From a virus: DNA of 64,000 nucleotides. The position numbers were made by a program, and so were the translations under genes. Shown one piece after another: positions 29,400-38,590 of the stretch (positions within the stretch are counted from its first letter, which is position 1; every line of letters starts with the position of its first letter). The stretch spans positions 11,131-75,130 of the IMG/VR virus record IMGVR_UViG_3300044681_000281, one strand, 5' to 3'. The notes beneath the pieces are model-generated. The model was given only the letters and a program-made list of their open reading frames with translations, searched no databases and had not been told where the DNA came from.

Positions 29400-30632
29400 T
29401 TAGAAAAGGTATGTAACACCAATTCTCGCACCGACTCTTGGTGTACCCTCTAGTTTGATTTGTGTACCACCTGGAATTGTAAAATCTTGTCCCTCTTGTT
29501 GTATAAGACCATTCACATCTAAACTAACAACACTATCGATATTGTTCAAAGTAGTGAAGATTAGACTCGAACCATCATATGTGAAGTATTCAGTACCAAC
29601 CTGTCTAACATTACCTTCAGAATCAATGAAAACGCTTGATCTACCTTTGTAGTAAGTAATAGTTACGGTGGATCCCTCTCTCGGGGGTTCAACGAACGTA
29701 ATCTTAGATGTTAGTGATACATGATAGAAATCAACATCTCTTTCTTGTACTAGACCGTTAATCGACACATTAAATAAAATACCGATAGTTTCACCAACAC
29801 TAAATACCGTTTGTAATCCGTCTGCGGTAAATGTTGCGACAGATATCTCTAAATTTTTAGTTAGATACTTCTTCTCAAAGTTATTACTTTGAATAAATTC
29901 ATTCATTAAAAAGAACCTACTGACTGCGGGTTTTACTTCAAACTCCTCCTCATCAATTATAAAACCTAGCAAGGTGAAGTTATAGGTTTGGATATAAAAC
30001 CTACGATTATCCAAATCCACAGGGGAATTATCAGTTATCGCATCTAAAACAATAGGGACGTAATGTCCTTTTACAGTTGTATATGCCTGTCTCGAAGAGA
30101 ATTTCTGCATAACAATCTGATTAAACTTATTTAAATCTCTAAATTTTGTACAGACGATCGTTACCTCATACCCAATATCAATTGCCACGGGTTGAGGTAT
30201 CTTATAGATATCCGCACCCATTTGTGTGCCATCCCATGTTGGAACTGATGCATAGTGAAATTGCTGTCTGTCAGGTATTGTTCTCTGTAAACTTGGATTT
30301 GTTCCTGGTTGAACATCAGGTTTCCTAATGACTCCAATGAAGGGAAGTTTAATATTACCATCTAAATCTGAGAAGTTCCATGTGTTAGTGAATTCCCCCC
30401 AACGTTGCATGGTTAAAATTTTAGGGATCATGGGTACCTGTTCCCCATCTGAAACAATCTTAAAATTATTTCTAACGAAATCTAACATCCCTAAATCTAA
30501 ATCGTCATGCAATACAGAGTCAGGAAGATAAGAATCTGACTTAGTAATTCTATCTAAGAGTTCTTGTCTCCTTTCCACCAATTGATTTCCTTGGTAGACA
30601 CTAATGTTATTTTTCTTTTTTGGGTAACCCAT
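29400..30632 (-). CDS. Neck/tail-completion (tail terminator-like) protein with a duplicated C-terminal beta domain
   Basis: YKIPQPVAIDIGYEV motif; two NGL.Q...DF......I....P..G....Y repeats; lies between head closure and sheath. Confidence 0.55.
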   Translation of the reverse strand: MGYPKKKNNISVYQGNQLVERRQELLDRITKSDSYLPDSVLHDDLDLGMLDFVRNNFKIVSDGEQVPMIPKILTMQRWGEFTNTWNFSDLDGNIKLPFIGVIRKPDVQPGTNPSLQRTIPDRQQFHYASVPTWDGTQMGADIYKIPQPVAIDIGYEVTIVCTKFRDLNKFNQIVMQKFSSRQAYTTVKGHYVPIVLDAITDNSPVDLDNRRFYIQTYNFTLLGFIIDEEEFEVKPAVSRFFLMNEFIQSNNFEKKYLTKNLEISVATFTADGLQTVFSVGETIGILFNVSINGLVQERDVDFYHVSLTSKITFVEPPREGSTVTITYYKGRSSVFIDSEGNVRQVGTEYFTYDGSSLIFTTLNNIDSVVSLDVNGLIQQEGQDFTIPGGTQIKLEGTPRVGARIGVTYLF

Positions 30633-31144
30633 TATATTCCTCTAAATTCGGTTTCCTGTGCGGGAACACAAGTTATTGTTCTGTAATATGGTTTATACCC
30701 AAACATATTGTGGGTATTATCTGATGTTACTCTACCATCATTACTTACAGTATAGTATCTTATTCTATCCTCAGTTTCAGGATAACCAATAAAATCACCA
30801 TACCTAATATCAATGTTTAAATCTTTTAGGTGTTTTAAATAAACAGATAGAATTAAGTTACCTGGTTCGAGATATCTTACATTTCCTTTTGTATATGAAC
30901 TATTCTTGGGTTGTTCCACCTTTACTAATGCATTAAACTCTACAGGGGGGAAAAATTTGATCTGATCTTTACCAACCTCGGCATAAACTGAATCAGTATC
31001 TGTAGATTCCCTATCCACACGATAAAGTACTAATTTCATGTTCAAATCACCATGAAGATATTCCTGACCTAATTGAACATTAAAATCAAAATCCTCATTA
31101 GCGAAGAACTTACTAAGTCTTGTGATAGGTACTTTCTTATTCAT
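30632..31144 (-). CDS. Head closure / neck protein (gp14-like)
   Basis: LYRVD...DSVYAE...FFPPVE, GDFIGY; start set at MNKK after TATTTAT. Confidence 0.55.
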   Translation of the reverse strand: MNKKVPITRLSKFFANEDFDFNVQLGQEYLHGDLNMKLVLYRVDRESTDTDSVYAEVGKDQIKFFPPVEFNALVKVEQPKNSSYTKGNVRYLEPGNLILSVYLKHLKDLNIDIRYGDFIGYPETEDRIRYYTVSNDGRVTSDNTHNMFGYKPYYRTITCVPAQETEFRGI

Positions 31145-31199
31145 ATACAATAAATAGTTTAAATATTGATTTGATTTCTTTATATTTAAAGTATTGAAT

Positions 31200-32951
31200 A
31201 TGGGAAATAACATACCTGAAATAGAGGCAAGAGAAATAGTGACAGGTTATACGGGTTTTAATAACCAAATCCTTGAATGGAAGAGGAAATTTGAAACTGT
31301 CAAAAATTTTGGTCTTACTCGACCACAATCCGATTATGTACTAAAATATTGGCAAACCGAACCTAAAGTTGCGAGGAAATACCTTTCTATCGCAAAACAT
31401 TTTGGTGCCAAGTTACAGGAAGAGAGACTCTTAATGAAACCCGTAGAAGAGGTTTGGGTTGAAAAGTTACTTTGTGAAAGTGATAAGGCATATCATATAT
31501 GGGGAAACCTAACTAAAGAGATGAAACCCATCCCTATGTGGTTACCAAAGGCATCCATAATTCAAGAGGAGAAAACATTAGATAGGGTAATAGATTACAC
31601 TCCATATTCTAAAAGACCTCCTATGGAGCACCAAAAGATTGCGATCGAAAAATTATTGGCTAACGATAGGTTTATCCTCGCAGACGACATGGGACTTGGT
31701 AAAACAACTAGTACAGTCATTGCATCTATGGAAAGTGGTGCAAAGAAAGTGTTGATTGTTTGTCCTGCGTCACTTAAAATCAATTGGAAAAGAGAGATTG
31801 AGAATTACTCTGATGACTACATTCTCGTAGTTGAAGGTAAGAAATGGGGATCCACCTTCAAATACTACATAATTAACTACGATATCCTTAAAAATTTCCA
31901 TACTACAGAGAATAGTGAGGAAAGTGAAGCGTATCAGATTATAGTCAACGAAGGGTTCGATCTTGCGATTGTGGATGAGGCACATTATATTTCTAATAGT
32001 CAGGCACAAAGAACCAAACTATTAAATGATATACTTGCCAAAATTCCTAAAGTTTGGTTACTCACAGGGACACCAATGACTTCGAGACCTATAAACTACT
32101 ACAACCTTCTTAAAATCGTAAACTCCCCATTAACCCTAAATTGGAAAAGTTATGTAATGAGGTATTGTAAGGGATACCAATTCAGGGTTGGAGGTAGAAA
32201 GATATGGAACACGAGTGGTGCAAGTAATTTGGATGAACTAAGGGAACAAACTAAAGGTATTGTTCTAAGGAGATTAAAAACCGATATTTTAGATCTTCCT
32301 GAAAAAATAATCTCCCCAATATGGTTAGAACTTAAAAACTCATTCTACGATGACGAATTGACCGAATTCTTAAGGTTAAGTGAAGAAAATAAAGATAAGG
32401 AGAGTATAACGGTTACCCTTAATAGATTAATGAAGTTACGTCAATTAATCGCGATCGAAAAGGTTGAACACACCTGTGAACTAATTGATAAAGTATTGGA
32501 ACAAGACAGAAAGGTAATCGTCTTTACTAATTTCACCATGTCTTTAGACATGTTACACGAACGTTACAAGAAGAAATCCGTTGTCTTAGATGGAAGAATG
32601 TCTAAGGACAGAAGACAAGAGTCGGTAGATAGATTTCAAAACGAGGATAAGGTTAAAATATTTATCGGAAACATTAAAGCTGCGGGTGTGGGAATCACCT
32701 TAACCGCAGCAGATACCGTTATAATGAATGACTTATCATTTGTACCCGCAGATCATTCCCAAGCGGAAGATAGGGCATATAGATATGGTCAAAAAAATAG
32801 TGTTCTTGTTTACTACCCTGTGTTTGAAAACACAATAGAAATGACAATATATAACATCCTACAAAAGAAGAAGGATGTGATCGATCAAGTTATGGGTGAT
32901 GGTGAGTACTCAGAAAGTTTCGCGAGTGAGTTAGTCAAAAGTATTAAGTAA
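31200..32951 (+). CDS. SNF2-family (SMARCAL1/HARP-like) helicase
   Basis: LADDMGLGKT, VCPASLKINW, DEAH, LTGTP, GVGITLT, QAEDRAYRYGQ. Confidence 0.93.
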   Translation: MGNNIPEIEAREIVTGYTGFNNQILEWKRKFETVKNFGLTRPQSDYVLKYWQTEPKVARKYLSIAKHFGAKLQEERLLMKPVEEVWVEKLLCESDKAYHIWGNLTKEMKPIPMWLPKASIIQEEKTLDRVIDYTPYSKRPPMEHQKIAIEKLLANDRFILADDMGLGKTTSTVIASMESGAKKVLIVCPASLKINWKREIENYSDDYILVVEGKKWGSTFKYYIINYDILKNFHTTENSEESEAYQIIVNEGFDLAIVDEAHYISNSQAQRTKLLNDILAKIPKVWLLTGTPMTSRPINYYNLLKIVNSPLTLNWKSYVMRYCKGYQFRVGGRKIWNTSGASNLDELREQTKGIVLRRLKTDILDLPEKIISPIWLELKNSFYDDELTEFLRLSEENKDKESITVTLNRLMKLRQLIAIEKVEHTCELIDKVLEQDRKVIVFTNFTMSLDMLHERYKKKSVVLDGRMSKDRRQESVDRFQNEDKVKIFIGNIKAAGVGITLTAADTVIMNDLSFVPADHSQAEDRAYRYGQKNSVLVYYPVFENTIEMTIYNILQKKKDVIDQVMGDGEYSESFASELVKSIK

Positions 32952-34028
32952 CTCTTCCAAACAAGTTCTCAGTTCCTTTTCAATGGACTCCAAGTCGACA
33001 TTATTAAAACCAATGAGAACTTCCTTCTTTTCCTTATTAAATTGTACGTAAGGTTCATAAGAATCAAAAATCTCAAACGAATACTCCAATTTTATACACC
33101 GATAGAATATGGACATTAAAATTTCAGTATTCTCGTCTATAACCTTATCATAAACGTTTTCTAATCTTTCATTAGGGATGATTGTCTGAGACCCCTCAAC
33201 AATTATAGTTTCGTCCTCATTAATACCATCGATATTAAACTCGTAAATCGTCCCGTTATTCTCCACAATTAAGTAGTTAATAGTCGAGTGTTTACGTTTG
33301 TTTATTTCAATAGGTATAATAACCGTATCATTTTCATCATCTAAAACGACTCTTTGGACATAGTCTTTATTATCGTTACATCGTTTGTGTTGATACGTGT
33401 ATTCGATACCGTCCTTTTTTATAATGAAGTCAACACCCTTATTATAGTCGTCACCATCACCCCTATCCTTACCATAAAGGGTTTCATAAGGTTTATCCTT
33501 AATAACATATCTAACATAGGATAATTCTGAAAAGATTGAACCGTACCATGTCTGTGCCGTTGCGACAGAAAGTTTACGTGATAATTCTGTCGACTCATAA
33601 AGACCAAAAACCCTATCGAAATACTTGTCGATAAAGTCCATAAGTCTATCACAACTTTCATTAAAAAAATTACTTAGACTGTGATAGGTCAATAATTCAC
33701 CCGTTATTCTCCCCTTTTTAATTAAGTCGTTATAGAAATTCAATAAAACTAAAATGGCGCTTTGGTTGGTTTCAATGGTGTTTATGTAGGACCATTTCCA
33801 TTCACCATTTATATTTTGCCATACCCCCCATTTAGGTCTCCTATTGTAAAAATCCCAAACACCCTCGTTTTCATCAAATTTAAAATTCACCCCATCATAT
33901 TGGTACTTTGAGATGATTTTGTTTAACGATGTGATGAAATAACCCTTATTCGTTTTATCATTAAGGAAAATCAATTTAACCTGACCGAGATCTAATTTAA
34001 TATTTCTTTTTAATTTCTGTATATCCAT
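32931..34028 (-). CDS. Hypothetical protein, possible PD-(D/E)xK-fold nuclease
   Basis: SE...DYNKGVDFII...TYQHK arrangement; has its own promoter. Confidence 0.5.
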   Translation of the reverse strand: MDIQKLKRNIKLDLGQVKLIFLNDKTNKGYFITSLNKIISKYQYDGVNFKFDENEGVWDFYNRRPKWGVWQNINGEWKWSYINTIETNQSAILVLLNFYNDLIKKGRITGELLTYHSLSNFFNESCDRLMDFIDKYFDRVFGLYESTELSRKLSVATAQTWYGSIFSELSYVRYVIKDKPYETLYGKDRGDGDDYNKGVDFIIKKDGIEYTYQHKRCNDNKDYVQRVVLDDENDTVIIPIEINKRKHSTINYLIVENNGTIYEFNIDGINEDETIIVEGSQTIIPNERLENVYDKVIDENTEILMSIFYRCIKLEYSFEIFDSYEPYVQFNKEKKEVLIGFNNVDLESIEKELRTCLEELLNTFD

Positions 34029-34050
34029 GTAAATACATCTTCGGTTTTCC

Positions 34051-34081
34051 CAAATATAAACTATTTATAGTAATAAATCAA
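34051..34081 (-). promoter_or_regulatory. Bacteroidota-type promoter for the gene starting at 34028
   Basis: TTG-N20-TATATTTG on the minus strand, overlapping the + strand TATTTAT motif of the neck gene. Confidence 0.65.
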
Positions 34082-34083
34082 GT

Positions 34084-35202
34084 ATGGCAAGTACAATCAT
34101 CACACCAACGAATAAGGATAAGTTATATTCTCAGGTTTATCATCTGTTAGGGATGCCTATTAGGTCAGTTGAACTGACTGAGGAACAGATGGATACATTC
34201 CTCGAGTTAGCCCTCGATGAATATGAACAATATGTAAGTGATTGGTTAATTGAGTCACAATGGTCGTCTTTAGCTGGGTTAGACGTTGACACCCAATCCC
34301 TAACAAGGGCATTCACGACAAGGTCGTTAGACTATGAGACACAATATTCTCACGCTTATTCGAAAATAGTTGGTTTACAGGCAGGTGGAGATTCAATACT
34401 TAAAAAGGATAAGATAGAACTTATACCTAATCAACAAGTTTATGAAATCCCCGCGGGTCGTGAAATCAATGAACTACTTTGGTTTACGAGAGCCGAACTT
34501 ACTGATTCTATTGTTGATCCATTTTTAGGTGGATTTGGTGGTCTTGGTGGTGTAGGTTTTGGTGGTGTGGGAGGTTTTGCACAGATGGGGACATCTGGTT
34601 CATACTTTATGTTACCCGCGTATGATCTTTTAGCACGTATGCAGGATAGAAACATTAAGAACCGATTAATCGGTGGTGAGTTGACTTACCGTGTAACGGC
34701 AGGTCCTGAAGGTAAAAAATACGTTCACCTTTACAACGTACCCGGAGGTAGATTTGATTTCGGTTCCATCCAACAACACAACCATTATGTATGGTATTGG
34801 TATTATGACACATTGGATAGGGACGATTGTTTAGAAAAAAATAAAGATGTTGTAAAGTTACCTTCAGACATTGCTACCGAAGAATTGACATGGGAAACAC
34901 TTAACAAACCCGCACAGAATTGGGTGAGAAAGTATCTTATTGCTTATTCTAAGGAGGGGTTAGGTAGAATCTATTCTAAATTCTCGGGTGACCTACAAGT
35001 ACCTGATAGTCAGGTTAAATTAGATTATAGTTCCCTTTTAACAGAAGGTAAAGATGAGAAATTAAAACTTATTGAGGAGTTAACTCAAAGGTTAGAAAGA
35101 TTACGTCCTGATAAGATGTTAGAGAGAAAAGGAAACGAGGCCGAAAATTTAAACAAATCTTTAAAGTATCGACCTATACAGTCACCTTTTAATATGATCT
35201 AA
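34084..35202 (+). CDS. Neck protein / head-tail adaptor (T4 gp13-like)
   Basis: LGMPIRSVELTEEQMD, WVRKY...KEGLGRIYSKF, LLTEGKDEK. Confidence 0.75.
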   Translation: MASTIITPTNKDKLYSQVYHLLGMPIRSVELTEEQMDTFLELALDEYEQYVSDWLIESQWSSLAGLDVDTQSLTRAFTTRSLDYETQYSHAYSKIVGLQAGGDSILKKDKIELIPNQQVYEIPAGREINELLWFTRAELTDSIVDPFLGGFGGLGGVGFGGVGGFAQMGTSGSYFMLPAYDLLARMQDRNIKNRLIGGELTYRVTAGPEGKKYVHLYNVPGGRFDFGSIQQHNHYVWYWYYDTLDRDDCLEKNKDVVKLPSDIATEELTWETLNKPAQNWVRKYLIAYSKEGLGRIYSKFSGDLQVPDSQVKLDYSSLLTEGKDEKLKLIEELTQRLERLRPDKMLERKGNEAENLNKSLKYRPIQSPFNMI

Positions 35203-38093
35203 TAATCTCTATCATCTGTGTGATAGGCAAAATCCCTACCGTTAGTTTCAATTATTTCATCACTATTGGATATTGTTGATGGTTTTTTAAATTCCACAAC
35301 TTCTCTATTGGTTTGGACCCAATAAGGGTCAACATAATTGATACTATCCTCTAAATACATGAAGTAAGGGTCCCTCTTTACCTTATTCCAAAAAAGAACT
35401 TCACTGTCCGATAAGGTCATAACCTCATCATACTTATCTTGTCCATCTTCCTTCATTGGGAAACCCGATACCAAATCACACTGACTTTTAGTAAAGAATG
35501 GTCTGTTTGCGGGATCCTCAATTAAAATCTCATTACGTATTTCGGGGTGGAACACCACCAACAACGGTTCAATCCTTTTATTAAAGGTGTTGATGTAACG
35601 AGCAACATTATAATCCCCCTTCATATCGGGGTTCTCTTCTAATTCTTTCTCGGTCACCATAAAACAATTGATTTTTACATAATCAGGAGGAATGGGTACT
35701 CCGTGTTCCTGAAAATACTCTTCTTGTTGTTTTTTGGTTGGTTTGGTGATCTTTTGCACATCACCATCACTTTTCTTTTCACCATTATTGACATAGTAGA
35801 TCGTTTCCCCTAAACCCGCAGGATAATCATTCAACATGATTAATTCCATGTGTGCTTGTCGAGACATAAGAGAACCACTTTTAGTTCTCTTTTTCATGTG
35901 TTTCTTATAGTCCTCAACACTTTGTTTAACCCTCGATTTATTAGCGATCTTAGATAATGGGATTTGTTTGTTAAAGATGAGGTCGATATATCTATAATAT
36001 ACCTCTAAAAATTCCTGTCCCTTACCATCGAGTAATAATTCTAACCCCTCATCAAAAAAGTCAACAATATAACCATGTAAGTTCTTTGATTTAATGGTGT
36101 TACCTGTCAACTTTAATCCACCACTTGGTTTTTTAAGGACGTAGTTTTTACGTGCGAAGTTAACCGTCGCGGGTGCGACGTAATCAATATCTAACCCCAT
36201 CTCATTTCTCATGAATATGTCGTTAAATTCGGCAGTATCCGCCTCGGCACCCGTGTAAACTTTACCCTCTTCGACCAACTCATTTAAACCCTTACCGATA
36301 TATTGACGCTCATCGACATTTTCGGGACACGAGAAATTCACACCATCCGTATCCATAACCAATGGTTTGTATCCGCGTTCTTTAAAGAACATGATCATCA
36401 TACGTAAACATTGTCTACCCACACATGTGATTGTTTCACCCATATCCATATCACCCCATGGAAAGACTTGTGGTGCGGATAAGGAACCGAAATATGCGTT
36501 AATAAAGATTTTAATGGGTAATTGTTTACGATCGTATTTCTCCGATAACTCAGGATCACTTTTCTTGTATTGACCCGCCAACTTCTTATACTTAATACGA
36601 ACATCACGGAAATACTTCAACATCGACTTTTGTACCCCCATAACATCACAATCAGGGAATACATCATAAACCAACTGAATGGATGGGTAAAGAGAAGAAT
36701 AGTCAAACTTAACTACATTAGTCGAATACCCAACAGTAAGAAGTCGTGATAATCCACCTGTAATTGCTCGTCTATCCTGTTTCTCAGGTACCGCTAAACC
36801 GTGTTTATATGACCACGCCAACATAATAAGTTTCCAAAGAGTAGCTGTACCCATGGTGGATATACGTTCGTAAGTGGTTGGTACCAACTTAGAAAGTAAG
36901 AAAGTTGATTGTGAGAATGAATCATCGACAACCATAGTTTCATACAAGTCATCGTCAAGATACTGTTCCACAATCTTACGACCTGTCCAAACTTCGAACT
37001 TACCCGGATACCTCTCTAATAATCCTTCGGTCCCTTTCTCACCTATTTTTTTATAGTTACCTGTCTTTGGATTGACATAATAACTTTCATTCTCGAGATA
37101 TATTTTAGAAATCCATGCACCATCCACATAAACTCGATTCTCTTTCTCCGCACCTAAGTACTTGGTAATGTACTTCAACCCCCAAGACTTAATCTCTGAA
37201 TTGATGGCTTGTGCCCTACGGACGGCATGTGCAATATCGAGAATGTTCATACCCCATATCATGTGTTGAGTGTAGTCCTCAATTTCATTGGCGAGTTTAA
37301 GAATACCCTCTCGTTGTTTCATACCTTGATCTACAAAGACCTTAGTGTGTTCTTCAACATTAATACCTAATATTTCGGCACGCTTTAAAATAAATGGGAA
37401 GTCAAAGAACGCGGAGTTGTATCCCGCAAAAATCGTTGGTTTTAATTCTTTAACATATTCAAAGAATTCTATAATACAATTCTTCTCACCATCCTCCCCA
37501 AATGCACTGATAATCTTTATAAAATCACGATTATCCTTCATTCCAATAAGAATAATCTTGTCGGTTTCAGGATCCAAACCAGTGGTCTCGATATCGAATA
37601 CTAAACGATGTACATCCTCATATTCTTCAATACCCTTAAAAAGACGTTTTTCTTTTTGGATTAGGTATTGTTCTTTAGGGTTCAGTAAGATAAAATGATG
37701 TTTTACTTTATCATCCCACGGATTTATTCCTCCTTGTCTAAAAAAACCTAAAAGTTCTTTATAACCTTTAGTACTCTTTACTAGGTAGTTAAAACCATTA
37801 GATAAACGTTCATTACCCTGATCTTCTAATTTTTCGATTATAATACCGTACTCCAACATTTTCTTCTTTTGGAGTGCTTTACTACCGTTATAAAAATTTA
37901 ATTCTGTAATATCATCAACCCACAGGAATGGGGTTAACTTATCTGACCGAATGATTTTACCCTTCTCGGGGTGTTGAATAATTTTGTAGATGGTATTAGA
38001 ACTATATTCGTATTCAATACCTGTTATGTACTCTTCGGGATCCGCACCATTAAGGAACTCCTCAATGACCTCTTGGGAAATTATTTCTCTCAT
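35199..38093 (-). CDS. DNA polymerase, family B
   Basis: Exonuclease motifs FDIETTG and GYNSAFFDFP; polymerase motifs DYSSLYPS, KIFINAYFG, MDTDG, KNY. Confidence 0.95.
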   Translation of the reverse strand: MREIISQEVIEEFLNGADPEEYITGIEYEYSSNTIYKIIQHPEKGKIIRSDKLTPFLWVDDITELNFYNGSKALQKKKMLEYGIIIEKLEDQGNERLSNGFNYLVKSTKGYKELLGFFRQGGINPWDDKVKHHFILLNPKEQYLIQKEKRLFKGIEEYEDVHRLVFDIETTGLDPETDKIILIGMKDNRDFIKIISAFGEDGEKNCIIEFFEYVKELKPTIFAGYNSAFFDFPFILKRAEILGINVEEHTKVFVDQGMKQREGILKLANEIEDYTQHMIWGMNILDIAHAVRRAQAINSEIKSWGLKYITKYLGAEKENRVYVDGAWISKIYLENESYYVNPKTGNYKKIGEKGTEGLLERYPGKFEVWTGRKIVEQYLDDDLYETMVVDDSFSQSTFLLSKLVPTTYERISTMGTATLWKLIMLAWSYKHGLAVPEKQDRRAITGGLSRLLTVGYSTNVVKFDYSSLYPSIQLVYDVFPDCDVMGVQKSMLKYFRDVRIKYKKLAGQYKKSDPELSEKYDRKQLPIKIFINAYFGSLSAPQVFPWGDMDMGETITCVGRQCLRMMIMFFKERGYKPLVMDTDGVNFSCPENVDERQYIGKGLNELVEEGKVYTGAEADTAEFNDIFMRNEMGLDIDYVAPATVNFARKNYVLKKPSGGLKLTGNTIKSKNLHGYIVDFFDEGLELLLDGKGQEFLEVYYRYIDLIFNKQIPLSKIANKSRVKQSVEDYKKHMKKRTKSGSLMSRQAHMELIMLNDYPAGLGETIYYVNNGEKKSDGDVQKITKPTKKQQEEYFQEHGVPIPPDYVKINCFMVTEKELEENPDMKGDYNVARYINTFNKRIEPLLVVFHPEIRNEILIEDPANRPFFTKSQCDLVSGFPMKEDGQDKYDEVMTLSDSEVLFWNKVKRDPYFMYLEDSINYVDPYWVQTNREVVEFKKPSTISNSDEIIETNGRDFAYHTDDRDY

Positions 38094-38157
38094 TATTCAT
38101 AAAATATAGGTGACACATTAGCTTACCTATTGGATAGGTAGTTAGTCTTAATCTATA

Positions 38158-38189
38158 CAAATATAAGAAAAAATAATGAAAATATCAAA
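38158..38189 (-). promoter_or_regulatory. Consensus Bacteroidota sigma-A promoter for the DNA polymerase gene
   Basis: TTTG-N20-TATATTTG is an exact match to the -33 TTTG / -7 TAnnTTTG consensus. Confidence 0.75.
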
Positions 38190-38196
38190 TGACGAG

Positions 38197-38565
38197 TTAG
38201 ATTATGTTGATGAATAACTTCTCTTTGATAGGTACGATCAATTTGTTCGTGGGTTGTAAGTTAGTGTCTCTAAACTGAACATTTATAATACCCTCATACT
38301 TACCTGATTCCGATGTTTGACTCTCGGTGAACCTATAGGTGATATAATACTCGTCAGTGGTCTGATCGTATTTTTTTGTTCTTGTGGTTAGATAACATTG
38401 TCCACCTAATATGTGAGGTATTTCGGTTTCTACTTCATACATATCAATCGTGATATCGGCATTTTCTAATAAATCATTCAAAGACGATTTATCATTTCTA
38501 CCATCATCAACCAATCTCATTTTTAACATGGGGTCTGTCGCCCCTTTTCGTATAAAGAATTCCAT
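38197..38565 (-). CDS. BppU N-terminal-like (fibre/baseplate adaptor) protein
   Basis: FFIRKGATDP.LKMRL...ITYRF...T...GKYEG...F...LIVP pattern. Confidence 0.55.
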   Translation of the reverse strand: MEFFIRKGATDPMLKMRLVDDGRNDKSSLNDLLENADITIDMYEVETEIPHILGGQCYLTTRTKKYDQTTDEYYITYRFTESQTSESGKYEGIINVQFRDTNLQPTNKLIVPIKEKLFINII

Positions 38566-38590
38566 ATTAATAAATATCTAACCCATATTT

